Translations under genes and position numbers: made by a program
Part shown: positions 44,906 to 55,999 of the stretch, in pieces
Numbering within the stretch: position 1 is the first letter of the stretch
Layout: each line of letters starts with the position of its first letter
Notes under the pieces: model-generated
Told to the model about the DNA's origin: nothing
Seen by the model: the letters and a program-made list of their open reading frames with translations, nothing else
The model's database searches: none
Assembly (NCBI GenBank): GCA_038203565.1
Contig: JBBRDV010000001.1
Coordinates: forward strand, 5,028 to 69,027
Direction of reading: 5' to 3'
Origin: Atribacterota bacterium
GTDB taxonomy: Bacteria; Atribacterota; Phoenicimicrobiia; Phoenicimicrobiales; Phoenicimicrobiaceae
DNA: 64,000 nt

Positions 44906-44963
44906 ATAAGTAAATTAACTAATTGGCCAATTCCCCAATTTGCCAATTAGTTAATTTACTTAT
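44906..44963. repeat. Perfect 22-bp inverted repeat (14-nt spacer) between tRNA-Arg and plsC, containing CCAATT/AATTGG octamer repeats
   Basis: Arms at 44906-44927 and 44942-44963. Spacer is CAATTCCCCAATTT. Confidence 0.85.
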
Positions 44964-45024
44964 TTCACAATTAAATTAGTTGTTATTAAATGGTAAATAA
45001 TCGTTAGTTATCAATATAGGAACA

Positions 45025-45098
45025 ATGTGCCCGAGAGGACTTGAACCTCCAATCTACGGCTCCGGAGGCCGTCGCTTTATCCAATTGAGCCACGGGCA
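45025..45098 (-). tRNA. tRNA-Arg (anticodon CCG), CCA not encoded
   Basis: Cloverleaf with a 7-bp acceptor stem GTGCCCG/CGGGCAC, anticodon loop CTCCGGA and a T-loop TTCAAGT. Confidence 0.85.
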
Positions 45099-45104
45099 CA
45101 CATG

Positions 45105-45839
45105 CTATCTACCATAGCTAAGCCTATCAGCTGAATTCCTGGGTAATCCCGCATTAATTATTTTGTCCTGGGTTAAATTATAGGGATAAGAAGTGCGATA
45201 AATATTCACTACCTTATATTTTAAGTCATAAATCCCATAACTTGCCTGGGAATTACTATCACGAGGCTGGCCAACACTCCCACAATTAATAATATACCTT
45301 TTATTTTTACTAATATCAATATAGCCACCGTTACTAAAATCTTTATAATCTACTTGATTATTATTTTCACTGAAATAAAAACATCCGGCCAAATGAGAAT
45401 GCCCCACAAATAATACTTTAAAAGAATATTTTCTGAAGATTAAACTCGCGGTATCTTTATTTAAAATGTATTCTAATAATGGATTTCGAGGACTGCCGTG
45501 AACTGCAAGGATATTATCTTTAATTTCAATCTTTTTTTCAAGATTTGCTAAGAAATTAAGATTATCTTTTTTTAATTGCAGAGAAGTCCAGAGTATTGCA
45601 GCCCTCGCAGTACTATTAAAATAATCTATATCTAATTTTCCTACCACCGCAAAATCGTGGTTTCCACCTATACATTTACAATTTAAATCTTTTATCTTTT
45701 CGATACAATTATTGGGATCAGCAGCATAACCAACCATATCTCCTAAGCAGATAAATTCATCAATTTTTGTCATTTTTTTCAAAACGCTGGTTAGGGCTTC
45801 GTAGTTACTATGAATATCAGAAATTATTCCAATCTTCAT
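45105..45839 (-). CDS. Metallophosphoesterase (YfcE/MJ0936-like calcineurin-type phosphodiesterase)
   Basis: DIHSN, GDMVGY, GNHD and GHSH metal-ligand motifs. Confidence 0.8.
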   Translation of the reverse strand: MKIGIISDIHSNYEALTSVLKKMTKIDEFICLGDMVGYAADPNNCIEKIKDLNCKCIGGNHDFAVVGKLDIDYFNSTARAAILWTSLQLKKDNLNFLANLEKKIEIKDNILAVHGSPRNPLLEYILNKDTASLIFRKYSFKVLFVGHSHLAGCFYFSENNNQVDYKDFSNGGYIDISKNKRYIINCGSVGQPRDSNSQASYGIYDLKYKVVNIYRTSYPYNLTQDKIINAGLPRNSADRLSYGR

Positions 45840-45842
45840 TTT

Positions 45843-46460
45843 TTACGCTCTTATAATATCTTTTATTCGCATAATAGCCGAATTGGTCGATCTTGCCATT
45901 TCGTCTAACTTCATAGTGATAAATTTTATCGTTTCTTCTAAATCTGGAATGATTACGTATTCCAGTGCATTAACTCTTCGCCTGGTTTTTTCAATTTCAT
46001 TGGCTAAAAGGGTTATTGATTTATCTAATTCTGCTACTTTTAGCATAAGAGGTAAAACGTCATGAAATTTTTTTAAAGCACCGTCCAGCTCGGCAGTAGT
46101 ATCAACCATACCATATGAATAATATTTTCCCTCATATTTGTATTTATATTGAGGAACATTTACACTCATTATGTTTTTAAAAGATACTTCGGTTTCACTT
46201 TTTGCCTTGGGGAACATCAAGGTTTCTTCTAAAGTCAGTTTGCTCATTAAAGAAGAAGCATTTGAAAAAAAAGCATAACATTTTAAAAGATTTTCCTCTA
46301 ATTCTTCCCTGAGAGCATCACTCTCTTTTGCCAAGCGAACAAATACTTGAATTAATGCATCTCTCTTATCTTTTAATAGTTTATATCCCCGCTTGGCGAC
46401 AAATAGTCTCTTTTTTAATCTCAATAGTTCCATGCGATTTGGATTAACCTTTAACAACAT
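45843..46460 (-). CDS. atpD: V/A-type ATP synthase subunit D
   Basis: 205-aa coiled-coil protein that follows subunit B in the operon. Confidence 0.85.
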   Translation of the reverse strand: MLLKVNPNRMELLRLKKRLFVAKRGYKLLKDKRDALIQVFVRLAKESDALREELEENLLKCYAFFSNASSLMSKLTLEETLMFPKAKSETEVSFKNIMSVNVPQYKYKYEGKYYSYGMVDTTAELDGALKKFHDVLPLMLKVAELDKSITLLANEIEKTRRRVNALEYVIIPDLEETIKFITMKLDEMARSTNSAIMRIKDIIRA

Positions 46461-47856
46461 GAATATCTTTATCCTCCATGGTTATATCCGTTGGTAAATA
46501 TTTTTCTATAAATTCATCTTTTATTCTTTTTAATTCTTCTTTCGGTATAATTGTTAATAGTTTCCATCCTATATTTAAACTTTCTTCAATAGTTCTATTT
46601 TCATCTTCACCCTGTTTAACAAAAACTTCCTCAAAATTGTCGGAGAGTTTAACATATTTCTTGTCTATTTCTGTGAGTGCGGCTTCTCCCAAAATTACTG
46701 CTAATTCTTTGGCTTCCTTACCTCTTGCATAGGAAGCAAAAAGTTGATTCATAACATTTGGATGGTCTTCGCGCGTTTTATTTAACCCAATTCCTTTATC
46801 TTTTAACCGAGACAAAGAAGGTAATACATTAATAGGGGGATAAATTCCTTTATGGTGCAATTCTCTTGATAATATTATCTGCCCTTCCGTAATATAACCG
46901 GTTAAATCCGGTATGGGATGAGTTTTATCATCCTCCGGCATGGTTAAAATGGGAATTAAAGTAATTGATCCTTTTTTTCCTTTTATTCTCCCAGCTCTCT
47001 CGTAGAGATTGGCTAAATCTGTGTACAAATAACCGGGGTAACCACGTCTGCCGGGAACTTCTTTTCTGGCTGCAGAAACTTCTCTTAGGGCTTCACAATA
47101 ATTGGTCATATCAGTAAGTATTACCAGCACATGCATACCTTTTTCAAATGCTAAATACTCTGCACAGGTTAGAGCCATTCGGGGAGTTATTATTCTCTCT
47201 ACTGCCGGGTTATTGGCTAAATTAACAAACATAACACTCTTCTCTATTGCTCCGGTTCTTCTAAGATCGCTGATGAAAAAATTTGCTTCCTCAAAGGTAA
47301 TTCCCATGGCGGCAAATACAACAGCAAATTTCTCCTCTTTCCCTAATACTTTTGCCTGCCGCGCGACTTGGGAAGCAAGTTTTGCATGGGGTAATCCTGA
47401 ACCAGAAAAGATGGGCAGCTTTTGTCCTCTGACCAAGGTATTTAATACATCGATGGAAGAAATACCAGTTTGGATAAAATTGTTAGGATAATCTCGTGCA
47501 TAAGGATTAATAGGATTTCCATTTATATCTAATTTTTTTTCTGCAATAATTTGAGGACCATCATCTATAGGTCTTCCCGAACCATCAAATATTCTTCCCA
47601 AAACATCCAGGGAAATAGGCAATTCCATTACCTTACCTAAAAAACGAACCTTAGTATTTGAAACATCAACTCCTGTAGTTCCCTCAAATACCTGGACAAC
47701 TGCTTTATCTTCAGTAATTTCAAGCACCTGCCCTCTTCTTGTTTCTCCGGAAGATAGCTCTATTTCAACTAATTCCTGATATTTTACATCAATGGTTTTT
47801 TCTACTACTATTAAAGGCCCTGCTACATCTGATATAGTTAAATATTCTTTAATCAT
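46444..47856 (-). CDS. atpB: V/A-type ATP synthase subunit B
   Basis: 470-aa non-catalytic nucleotide-binding subunit. Confidence 0.95.
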   Translation of the reverse strand: MIKEYLTISDVAGPLIVVEKTIDVKYQELVEIELSSGETRRGQVLEITEDKAVVQVFEGTTGVDVSNTKVRFLGKVMELPISLDVLGRIFDGSGRPIDDGPQIIAEKKLDINGNPINPYARDYPNNFIQTGISSIDVLNTLVRGQKLPIFSGSGLPHAKLASQVARQAKVLGKEEKFAVVFAAMGITFEEANFFISDLRRTGAIEKSVMFVNLANNPAVERIITPRMALTCAEYLAFEKGMHVLVILTDMTNYCEALREVSAARKEVPGRRGYPGYLYTDLANLYERAGRIKGKKGSITLIPILTMPEDDKTHPIPDLTGYITEGQIILSRELHHKGIYPPINVLPSLSRLKDKGIGLNKTREDHPNVMNQLFASYARGKEAKELAVILGEAALTEIDKKYVKLSDNFEEVFVKQGEDENRTIEESLNIGWKLLTIIPKEELKRIKDEFIEKYLPTDITMEDKDIHVVKG

Positions 47857-47880
47857 CTTTGCACTATTATCTCCTTCCCT

Positions 47881-49635
47881 TTAATCGGTTGTTGAACTAA
47901 TCTGGGATATTATTTCCTTTTCAATTTCACTGAATGTCTCTAAGTTCTTTTCTTCTATATGTTTTGCCCTGATTATTTTCGCTTTGATTGGTAATGCATT
48001 TAATTTTTCAATAGTCACTCCGTTTTCAATTACTTTTTCAGCATTTTCATGAAACATCATAATTAATTTTAAAATATGAAATTGTTTTTCGGTGGAACTA
48101 TAGGAATCTATAATATCAAAAGCATCTTGAATTAGAAAATCCTCCCGGATAGATCTTGCTGTTTCTAAAATTAGCTTTTCATGAGTTGATAAAGCATCAA
48201 TACCTACTAATCTTACAATTTCTTCTAATTCTGCTTCTTCCTGGAGCAAGGCCATAGATTTATTTCGTAACTCCATATATTCCTCGCCAATTTTTTTATT
48301 GTAATATTCTGTTAATCCGGACAAGTAAAGAGAATAACTGGTTAGCCAATCTATTGCTGGAAAATGCCTTTTGTAGGCTAATTTATCTTGTAAGCTCCAG
48401 AAAACTTGAACAGTACGTAAAGTATTTTGAGTAACCGGCTCGGATAGGTCTCCCCCTGGCGGTGATACCGCACCGATAATACTTAATGTTGCTTCCCTAT
48501 CATCACTACCAAGACATTTTATTCTTCCGGATCTTTCGTAAAAACTTGAAATTCGAGTACCTAAATATGCAGGAAAGCCTTCTTCTCCCGGCATCTCTTC
48601 TAATCTACCTGATATTTCACGCATTGCTTCGGCCCAACGAGAAGTCGAATCAGCAATAAGCGCAACATTGTATCCCATATCTCTATAGTATTCCGCGATA
48701 GTTATACCGGTATATACAGAAGCCTCACGAGCTGCTACCGGCATATTTGATGTATTGGCAATTAAGATAGTTCTTTCCATTAATGGTTTCCCAGAATAAG
48801 GGTCGATTAATTCCGGAAATTCCAATAAAACATCGGTCATTTCGTTGCCTCTTTCGCCACATCCGATAAAGAGAATGATTTCTGCGTTGCACCATTTGGC
48901 TATCTGATGTTGGACTACGGTCTTCCCACTACCAAAAGGACCCGGTATACACGCTGTCCCTCCTTTAGTTATGGGGAAAAACATATCTATTGTCCTTTGT
49001 CCGGTAATTAACGGTTCAATGGGAGGCAATCTTTTCTTATAGGGCCTTGGTCTTCTTACCGGCCATTTTTGTAACATTTTAATTTCGTGAATTGAACCTT
49101 CTCGGTCTTTTATTAGTGCAATAGTATCTGTAACTGTAAAATTATCTTTATATATTTCTTCGATTTCACCCTGAATTCCGTAAGGAACCATAATTTTATG
49201 TTTAATGATACTGCTTTCCTGGACAGTGCCTATAATATCACCGAATATTACTTTATCTCCCTTTTTAGAAATTGGTTCAAAATCCCATTTCTTTTTTCGA
49301 TCAATGGCAAATGCTTCTGCTCCTCTGGTAATAAAATCTCCTTTAGTTGATTTTAATATATCTAAAGGTCTTTGAATACCATCGTAAATTGAAGAGATAA
49401 GGCCGGGGCCCAATTCCACGCTAAGTGGCATATCAGTAGAAAAAACAGATTCTCCAGGACCAATTCCTGAAGTCTCTTCATAAACTTGTATGGTTGCTGA
49501 ATCTTTACTTAGTTCAATTATTTCACCAATTAATTTCTGACCGCTGACTTTTACTACATCATACATCTTGGCATTTTTTAACCCTTTAGCTACTACTACC
49601 GGTCCTGCAACTTTAATTATTTTCGCGGTTTCCAT
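47881..49635 (-). CDS. atpA: V/A-type ATP synthase catalytic subunit A
   Basis: 584 aa with Walker A GPFGSGKT and the non-homologous insert typical of A subunits. Confidence 0.95.
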   Translation of the reverse strand: METAKIIKVAGPVVVAKGLKNAKMYDVVKVSGQKLIGEIIELSKDSATIQVYEETSGIGPGESVFSTDMPLSVELGPGLISSIYDGIQRPLDILKSTKGDFITRGAEAFAIDRKKKWDFEPISKKGDKVIFGDIIGTVQESSIIKHKIMVPYGIQGEIEEIYKDNFTVTDTIALIKDREGSIHEIKMLQKWPVRRPRPYKKRLPPIEPLITGQRTIDMFFPITKGGTACIPGPFGSGKTVVQHQIAKWCNAEIILFIGCGERGNEMTDVLLEFPELIDPYSGKPLMERTILIANTSNMPVAAREASVYTGITIAEYYRDMGYNVALIADSTSRWAEAMREISGRLEEMPGEEGFPAYLGTRISSFYERSGRIKCLGSDDREATLSIIGAVSPPGGDLSEPVTQNTLRTVQVFWSLQDKLAYKRHFPAIDWLTSYSLYLSGLTEYYNKKIGEEYMELRNKSMALLQEEAELEEIVRLVGIDALSTHEKLILETARSIREDFLIQDAFDIIDSYSSTEKQFHILKLIMMFHENAEKVIENGVTIEKLNALPIKAKIIRAKHIEEKNLETFSEIEKEIISQISSTTD

Positions 49636-49961
49636 TATTCTACCTCTTTTCTAAATAAAATATCTGTTCCTATAGCTTTTTCAATATTTTTCCTTAATAT
49701 CTTTTGTCCTAAATTTTTCTTTTCTAATCTATTAGGTATTATGGTTATGCTAGCAAAAGATGTTTTTTGTAAACTTTCTATTTCTTCAAATATTTGACTG
49801 GCTATATCTTCAGTTACAAATATTACTGCATATTTTTCTTTTACCAGTTTATCTAATATTTCTAAAGCCTCATCCTTTTTAGTTGCGGGAAATAAAGAGA
49901 CACCCAATAATTTAAAACCGATTATAGCGTCTCTATCACCAATTATAGCAATTTTATACAT
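49635..49961 (-). CDS. atpF: V/A-type ATP synthase subunit F
   Basis: 108-aa subunit F-like protein, consistent with its operon position. Confidence 0.75.
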   Translation of the reverse strand: MYKIAIIGDRDAIIGFKLLGVSLFPATKKDEALEILDKLVKEKYAVIFVTEDIASQIFEEIESLQKTSFASITIIPNRLEKKNLGQKILRKNIEKAIGTDILFRKEVE

Positions 49962-51009
49962 AAGTATCTCGCACTCTTTCTTTGATTTGATCAGGAGTTA
50001 GTTTATTTAACTTACCTGATAATATTATTCTAATATTTTTTATGTCATTCTCTTTTGCGGTAATGAATCCTACCAATGGTTCGATTCCAAAGGTAATTAA
50101 TTTTCCTATTTTCGAGAAATTTAGAATAAAATTATCCTTTAGCTTCTCTAATTCCATTAAGGAGTTATTTTTTTGAAAGTAATTTACCCCTGTTTCTACT
50201 ATATTTTTATATTCAGTGTAAATTAGTTTTTCACACCAGGAAGATAAAGGAGAATCATATATTTCTATTATTTTTTCTATTTTAAAATCACCTTCAGGGA
50301 TTAAAAACTCTTTGATAAAGGATTTTTTCTCGCCTCTTGTCTTTGCCCTGATGCAGTTAATGATATTGTTAAGATCTATATTTATATTAATAAACCTTTT
50401 TAAAAACAGTTCTTCTGATTCAATGATTTCTATTTCCCTGATTTTATTAAATATCATCACATATCTTTCCTTGTCTAAAACAAAATCTATCACTTCAGGA
50501 TCTTTATATTTATTATATTCTGAAAAGGTTTTTTTGATTAGAACTTCGAAAGAGTTGGGAATATTCTCATATTTATCATCTTTAATCGCTAAATTTAGTT
50601 TTTCTATATCTACGGTTCCAATGGGTGAAAGTAATTCATGAGAAGTATCTTTTTTTAAGTATTTCGATTTTATAAGTACCTTAATATTGTGAAAATCATA
50701 CTTGGAGGCGAAAGTGAAATAAAGAAAATTAAAAGTAGAAATCTTAGAGATATTTTTTATTATGTCATAAGTGTTTAATAGTTCTTGATTTAATGATTCC
50801 TCAAAGTTTGCAGGGTTATTGAGATCAAAAGAATAATCATTTAAATCACTTTCTGTCAATATCTTTAAAGTAGATGCGGCATCACTTGATTTTATCATCC
50901 TATCTAATATATCTTTATTTAATAATCCCTTTTCTAATGACTTTACACTTCCATTAGCAAAAGCATATTCTTCTTGATCATTAGTATCCGCGGTAAAATA
51001 TTTAAACAT
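49954..51009 (-). CDS. atpC: V/A-type ATP synthase subunit C (V0 d-like)
   Basis: 351 aa, consistent with its operon position. Confidence 0.7.
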   Translation of the reverse strand: MFKYFTADTNDQEEYAFANGSVKSLEKGLLNKDILDRMIKSSDAASTLKILTESDLNDYSFDLNNPANFEESLNQELLNTYDIIKNISKISTFNFLYFTFASKYDFHNIKVLIKSKYLKKDTSHELLSPIGTVDIEKLNLAIKDDKYENIPNSFEVLIKKTFSEYNKYKDPEVIDFVLDKERYVMIFNKIREIEIIESEELFLKRFININIDLNNIINCIRAKTRGEKKSFIKEFLIPEGDFKIEKIIEIYDSPLSSWCEKLIYTEYKNIVETGVNYFQKNNSLMELEKLKDNFILNFSKIGKLITFGIEPLVGFITAKENDIKNIRIILSGKLNKLTPDQIKERVRDTYV

Positions 51010-51061
51010 TAATAAACCTTTCTATTATTAAACTAGATAAAAAATATCATTATAAAAAATA

Positions 51062-51658
51062 TTAGTTAAATAAATCTTTGCTTATTTTTATTTCTAATTC
51101 TTCCCGTATTTTTTTCAATAAAAATTCTAATGAAATATTTTTTCTTATTTTACCAGAACCGATAACTATCCCACCTTTTATCGGAAGATAAGAGGTGGAT
51201 AATCTCAATTCACCCTTCTTATGCTTAGTTTTTAATTCTTTATTTATTCCTTCTATAAAATCTTTGGATATTTTATTTTTATCTAAAGATCCGGTAAAAA
51301 TAGTTTCATCACCTATTTCAATATTATCCAATATCAATTTTTTTATAAAATTAAGATAGTCTTTACTATTCAATTTTGTAATGCTTTCCAGGGCTCTATC
51401 AAAAATGTCTTCCATGATTTTTTGTTTTTCTAATAAAATAGTTTTTTTTGCCTCTAAATTCGCCTCAGTTAATATTTTACTCTTTTTTAGAGAAGCTTCC
51501 TGATTGATTTTGTATAAGATTACTTTTTTAAGATTATCCGCTTCTTTTTCACCTTTTTTTAATATATTATTTGCCTTATCTTCAGCTTGAGCAATAATTT
51601 TACTTGCTTGAATTTTGGCATCAGACATAATCTTTTCATTGATATCTTTAATTGTCAT
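51062..51658 (-). CDS. atpE: V/A-type ATP synthase subunit E
   Basis: 198 aa with a charged coiled-coil N-terminus and a globular C-terminus. Confidence 0.7.
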   Translation of the reverse strand: MTIKDINEKIMSDAKIQASKIIAQAEDKANNILKKGEKEADNLKKVILYKINQEASLKKSKILTEANLEAKKTILLEKQKIMEDIFDRALESITKLNSKDYLNFIKKLILDNIEIGDETIFTGSLDKNKISKDFIEGINKELKTKHKKGELRLSTSYLPIKGGIVIGSGKIRKNISLEFLLKKIREELEIKISKDLFN

Positions 51659-51673
51659 ATCATATTTGTCCTT

Positions 51674-52150
51674 TTATAGAGTTATTGCATTAAAAAGTAA
51701 CAGAGAAGCCAATAAAGAAAATACTGCATAAGTTTCTACCATAGTAACCATTACTATTGCTTTACCAACTCCTCCTGGATTTCTTGCGGCTAATCCTATC
51801 GCTGCTGCAGCAGTTTTCCCCTGATACCATCCGGAAAAAAAGCCGACTACTCCTACCGGTATGCAAGAAAAAAATATCTGCCATCCCTGATCTAAGCTCA
51901 AGGGAATTGGTGAACCTCCAAGAATGCCTGTTTTCATCAAAACCCAAAATCCGACTAATAAGCCATAGATACCTTGTGTACCTGGAAAAGCTTGTAAAAA
52001 TAATACCAACCCAAATTTTTCCGGTTCTTCAATCATGACTCCAACTCCCGCAGCTCCGGCTATGCCTACTCCGATACCAGAACCAGAACAGGACAAACCT
52101 ATGGATATTGCCGAACCCAAAAATGCAATAACTATTCCTTGTGTAATCAT
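51674..52150 (-). CDS. atpK: V/A-type ATP synthase proteolipid subunit K
   Basis: 158 aa with four TM helices and Gly-rich motifs of c-ring proteolipids. Confidence 0.85.
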   Translation of the reverse strand: MITQGIVIAFLGSAISIGLSCSGSGIGVGIAGAAGVGVMIEEPEKFGLVLFLQAFPGTQGIYGLLVGFWVLMKTGILGGSPIPLSLDQGWQIFFSCIPVGVVGFFSGWYQGKTAAAAIGLAARNPGGVGKAIVMVTMVETYAVFSLLASLLLFNAITL

Positions 52151-52261
52151 ATTTTCCTCCTATTTCTAATTAATATTATTATAAATCATTCGTTAATGTA
52201 TTAGTCGTTAGCTTTAAATGCAATTTTTTAATTTAATCAAGACAAATTTTAATTACCCAAA

Positions 52262-52316
52262 ACTATACGCTATAAGCTATACGTAAGATTTGTTCACTAA
52301 TGACTAATTTCAACTT
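52262..52316. repeat. Heptamer repeat array (CTATACG-like, then CACTAATGACTAAT) between V-ATPase subunits I and K
   Basis: CTATACG|CTATAAG|CTATACG|TAAGATT|TGTTCAC|TAATGAC|TAATTTC. Confidence 0.75.
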
Positions 52317-54294
52317 TTATATATTTAGTGATGATTTTAAAAGGTTTAAAAGAAACCCCTCCACCTTCATAAAACTTGGTAAAAAATTCTACGTACTGTA
52401 AACGAGTTGAATGAATAAATGCCCCCATGCCGCTTATTACCATATTGAATAGATGTCCTATAATAAAAACTATAACTGCTACGATAATTCCAATAATCGG
52501 AATATCCTTAAATAACATTACAAAAGTATTAACTACTACTGCTAATACTGCAGTTGATAATCCCAAAGCAAATAGTCGCGAATAAGAAAGAATATCGCTA
52601 AAATAACCTATAAGGTTGTATAAACTTATTACTCCACCAGCAATTTTTAGTATGATGTTTTTATTTGACCTTCCCTGTGTAAGGACTAAAAATAACAATC
52701 CCGCCCATATTATATATTTTGCTATAACTTTAAGTCCTGCCAAAGAACCAATTGCACTGGTTATTACGAAAAAAAGCATTCCGGAAATCAATAATAACCA
52801 TGAACCTTGGTCCATTAATCCTGTTTTAATTTTATTTTCTTTAATATTGGTAATAAATTTAATAATAAATCCGGTGTAAATTTGAATGACTCCTAAAGAT
52901 AGAGATATTATTAAAAGGGGCATGGGATTTTTTATCGGGTCGAGTAAAGTTATGGTATCAATCAAAAAAGTTTTTATAAATAAAATATTTTTTGGAAGAT
53001 AATTTAGGGAATCTCCCATCCAACTACCCATAAGAGCTCCTACTACAAAAGTAGATAATCCACCCAAAAAAAATAATCCAAAAAATTTCTTTATTGTACC
53101 TTCAAGTTTTAATTTTTTTAAAGCATAATAAGATAAAGCAGAAATTATTAAACCATAACCGGCATCGGATAAACACATTCCGAAGAAAACAAAATAAAAA
53201 GGAGCGAATAGAGGAGTGGGGTCAAATTCCTTATATTTAGGAATTCCATAGAGTTCTGTAACTGATTCAAAAGGTTCCACAAATTTATTATTATTTAGGG
53301 CAACAGGTATATCATCCTTTTCGTCAGGATCGCTAAAAATTATCTCCAGTTCTTTCGTTTTACCAAATAAGCTTTTTTTTACTCTACTTATATCTTTTTC
53401 TAATATCCATCCCTCAATGATGATCACTTGTTGAGTCATCTTAAAATATTTTTCTATATCTTGCCTGCTTTTTAAAATGGAAAGGTAATCAAAAGAAAGG
53501 TATAACGACAAATTTTCTTGATACAATTTTTTACTTTCATCAGAAATTATTTCTCTTTTTTCTTTAATTTTTTTTAATTCTTCGGAAAAATCTTCCAAAA
53601 TATTTTTTGGGGTTTTAGTAAATTCCAAGGGAATTTGAAAAGAATCAAAATTATATTTCTCCAGTACTTTTTTAATTGGAAGATAGTATTCAGATATTGA
53701 AACAATCGCTATTTTGCATCGGTTCTTTTCTTCATCAATTTTATGTATTCCAATCTCTTTTCCTATCTTTTCTATTTCTTCTAAACATAAAACAAAGTCT
53801 TTTGCAGGAAGAGTTCCTAAGATAATTTTAGTATTCTTTGTTCCTTCTAAATCTTCTACTTTTACCTTTACCTCTTTCCATTTTTCCAATTGTTCTTGCA
53901 TCTTTACAATATGATTTTCTCTATTTTTTAGTTCTTTTAATTTTCCGTCTAATTCTTTGCATATACTAAAAATTTTTTTATAGTCAAATTGAGAAAGCAA
54001 TAAAGGAATTTTTTTAAAATCATAAACTTTTTCATTGATCATCTTTGGTTTATCAGATTTTTTAGGTTTATCTATAAAATTTGATAAGTAATCTATACAA
54101 TATTTTACTTCTGGTAATACAGATAGGCCTTCTGAATTATTCATGATATCAAAATCTAATAAACTCGATTTTTTTAATTTAGGTTTAAATTCTATGATTT
54201 GGACACAGCCTGCTTTTTGGAGTTCTTCGATAATTTCATTCTTTAATTCAAGATGAGTAAATATATTCACTTTTTTTATTTTACATACAGCCAT
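52297..54294 (-). CDS. atpI: V/A-type ATP synthase subunit I (a-subunit homolog)
   Basis: 665 aa with a cytoplasmic coiled-coil N-half and a polytopic C-half. Confidence 0.85.
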   Translation of the reverse strand: MAVCKIKKVNIFTHLELKNEIIEELQKAGCVQIIEFKPKLKKSSLLDFDIMNNSEGLSVLPEVKYCIDYLSNFIDKPKKSDKPKMINEKVYDFKKIPLLLSQFDYKKIFSICKELDGKLKELKNRENHIVKMQEQLEKWKEVKVKVEDLEGTKNTKIILGTLPAKDFVLCLEEIEKIGKEIGIHKIDEEKNRCKIAIVSISEYYLPIKKVLEKYNFDSFQIPLEFTKTPKNILEDFSEELKKIKEKREIISDESKKLYQENLSLYLSFDYLSILKSRQDIEKYFKMTQQVIIIEGWILEKDISRVKKSLFGKTKELEIIFSDPDEKDDIPVALNNNKFVEPFESVTELYGIPKYKEFDPTPLFAPFYFVFFGMCLSDAGYGLIISALSYYALKKLKLEGTIKKFFGLFFLGGLSTFVVGALMGSWMGDSLNYLPKNILFIKTFLIDTITLLDPIKNPMPLLIISLSLGVIQIYTGFIIKFITNIKENKIKTGLMDQGSWLLLISGMLFFVITSAIGSLAGLKVIAKYIIWAGLLFLVLTQGRSNKNIILKIAGGVISLYNLIGYFSDILSYSRLFALGLSTAVLAVVVNTFVMLFKDIPIIGIIVAVIVFIIGHLFNMVISGMGAFIHSTRLQYVEFFTKFYEGGGVSFKPFKIITKYIKVEISH

Positions 54295-54629
54295 TATTTG
54301 CCTTCCAATACTTGTTTAATTACTATTTTTACTGATTCATCAATTTTTTTTAAAGACTTTTTAGCTAGATTTTCTTTTTCTATTTCACTTTTTTTTATAA
54401 TATTATCTGCTTCTATCCTGGCAAATTTTTCTTCCCTTTCAATTATCGTCTTTCCTTCTTTTTTAGCTTCTTCTTTGATTTTTTCAATTAGTGTTTTTGA
54501 TTCTTTGTTTGCATTATCAATAATTATTTCCGCTTTATCATTAGCATCTTTTATAATCTTATCTGCTGAATGTTCCGTTTTTTTAATTTCTAAAATGATT
54601 TTATCTATCAAAGAAAATTCACCCCTCAA
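54294..54629 (-). CDS. V/A-type ATP synthase subunit G/H (peripheral stalk), putative
   Basis: 111-aa highly charged helical protein (K/E-rich) that heads the operon. Confidence 0.45.
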   Translation of the reverse strand: MRGEFSLIDKIILEIKKTEHSADKIIKDANDKAEIIIDNANKESKTLIEKIKEEAKKEGKTIIEREEKFARIEADNIIKKSEIEKENLAKKSLKKIDESVKIVIKQVLEGK

Positions 54630-54925
54630 TCATTAAAAAAACCTATAAAAAATCTAGATAATAAGATATAATACTACATGAATAGGTTATTTTATAATTA
54701 ATATTATATCGAGAATTGTAACACATCCGATAGCTATTATCAACATTAAATTCATTTATCACATCTATGTAATCTCATTCTATATAAAAAAAGTAATAAA
54801 TAATGTGTAATGAGTATTAAGTATAAATTTCTTAAATTAAAAAAGTTTACTTATTATACATTTCCTATCACTTAATAAAGATTGCATCTTTTGTTATCTA
54901 TCTAGATTTAAAAAAAGAACCGGAT

Positions 54926-55978
54926 TTACTCACTATTAATTTCTTCTAATAATTTTCTTATTATTATTTTATCACTAGATTTAGCGATTATCTTACCTTT
55001 TTTGAATAGTATTCCCTTCTCTTTATCGAATGCAACCCCTATATCAGCTTCTTTTGCTTCACCCGGCCCATTTACCATACAACCCATAACCGCAATAGTT
55101 AATGGTTTATTGATATTGCGAATTTGTCTTTCCACTTTTATTACAATTTTACTTAGATCTACCTTGCACCTTCCACAGGTAGGACAAGAAATTAGATTCG
55201 GTCCTCTTTGCCTAAGATGCAAAGCTTTTAATATTTCATACCCTACTTTTATTTCTTCTACGGGGTCTCCGGTCAGTGATACTCTTATGGTATCACCGAT
55301 TCCTTGAAATAATAGTGTACCCATTCCCACGGATGACTTAATGATACCTTGAAAAGGTGGACCTGCCTCAGTAATCCCTAAATGTAAAGGATAATCATAC
55401 TTTGAGGAAAATATATTGTTTGCTTCGATAGTATTAATTATATCTGTGGATTTAATGGAGAATATTATATTATGATAGTTGAGTTCATCTAATATCTTGA
55501 TAACATTTACAGCACTTTCTATTAGAGCTTGAGGAGTTACTTTTTTATATTTCTTCAATATATTTTTATCTAACGAACCGGAGTTTATACCAAACCTAAT
55601 AGGTAAATCCATTTTCTTTGCTGATTTTATAACTAATTTAATTTTCTCATCATTGCCGATATTGCCAGGGTTTATCCGTAATCCATCTACACCAAATTCA
55701 ATAGATTTTAAGGCCAATTTATAGTCATAGTGAATATCAGCAACTAAGGGAATATTAATTTCTTTTTTTATTAAGGGTAACGAATAACATGACTCTAAGT
55801 CTGGAACAGCCACTCTTACAAGCTCACAACCTTCTTTTTCCATTCTTTTTATCTGGGATACCGTATCTAATATATTCTTCGTGTCTGTATTAGTCATTGA
55901 TTGAACCGAAATTGGAGCATTCCCTCCAATTTTCAAGTTGCCTACCTTCACGCTCCTGGTCTTTCTTCTCATATACAT
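54926..55978 (-). CDS. ispG: 4-hydroxy-3-methylbut-2-enyl diphosphate synthase (flavodoxin)
   Basis: 350 aa, GcpE family, with a C-terminal CPTCGRC...GCMVNGPGE 4Fe-4S motif. Confidence 0.9.
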   Translation of the reverse strand: MYMRRKTRSVKVGNLKIGGNAPISVQSMTNTDTKNILDTVSQIKRMEKEGCELVRVAVPDLESCYSLPLIKKEINIPLVADIHYDYKLALKSIEFGVDGLRINPGNIGNDEKIKLVIKSAKKMDLPIRFGINSGSLDKNILKKYKKVTPQALIESAVNVIKILDELNYHNIIFSIKSTDIINTIEANNIFSSKYDYPLHLGITEAGPPFQGIIKSSVGMGTLLFQGIGDTIRVSLTGDPVEEIKVGYEILKALHLRQRGPNLISCPTCGRCKVDLSKIVIKVERQIRNINKPLTIAVMGCMVNGPGEAKEADIGVAFDKEKGILFKKGKIIAKSSDKIIIRKLLEEINSE

Positions 55979-55999
55979 CGCTTACAATTTTCCTTTTTT

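Noticed and set aside
44884-44946. N-terminal 21-aa extension of plsC (TTG start at 44946)
   Set aside because: The extension is encoded by a perfect 22-bp inverted repeat and AATTGG repeats. A standard PlsC N-terminus begins at the ATG at 44883.
54630-54925. Hidden gene or sRNA in the 296-nt spacer between the V-ATPase operon start and ispG
   Set aside because: It is extremely AT-rich with no ORF longer than 30 codons carrying a Shine-Dalgarno and no recognisable structured motif. It is most likely the V-ATPase promoter region.
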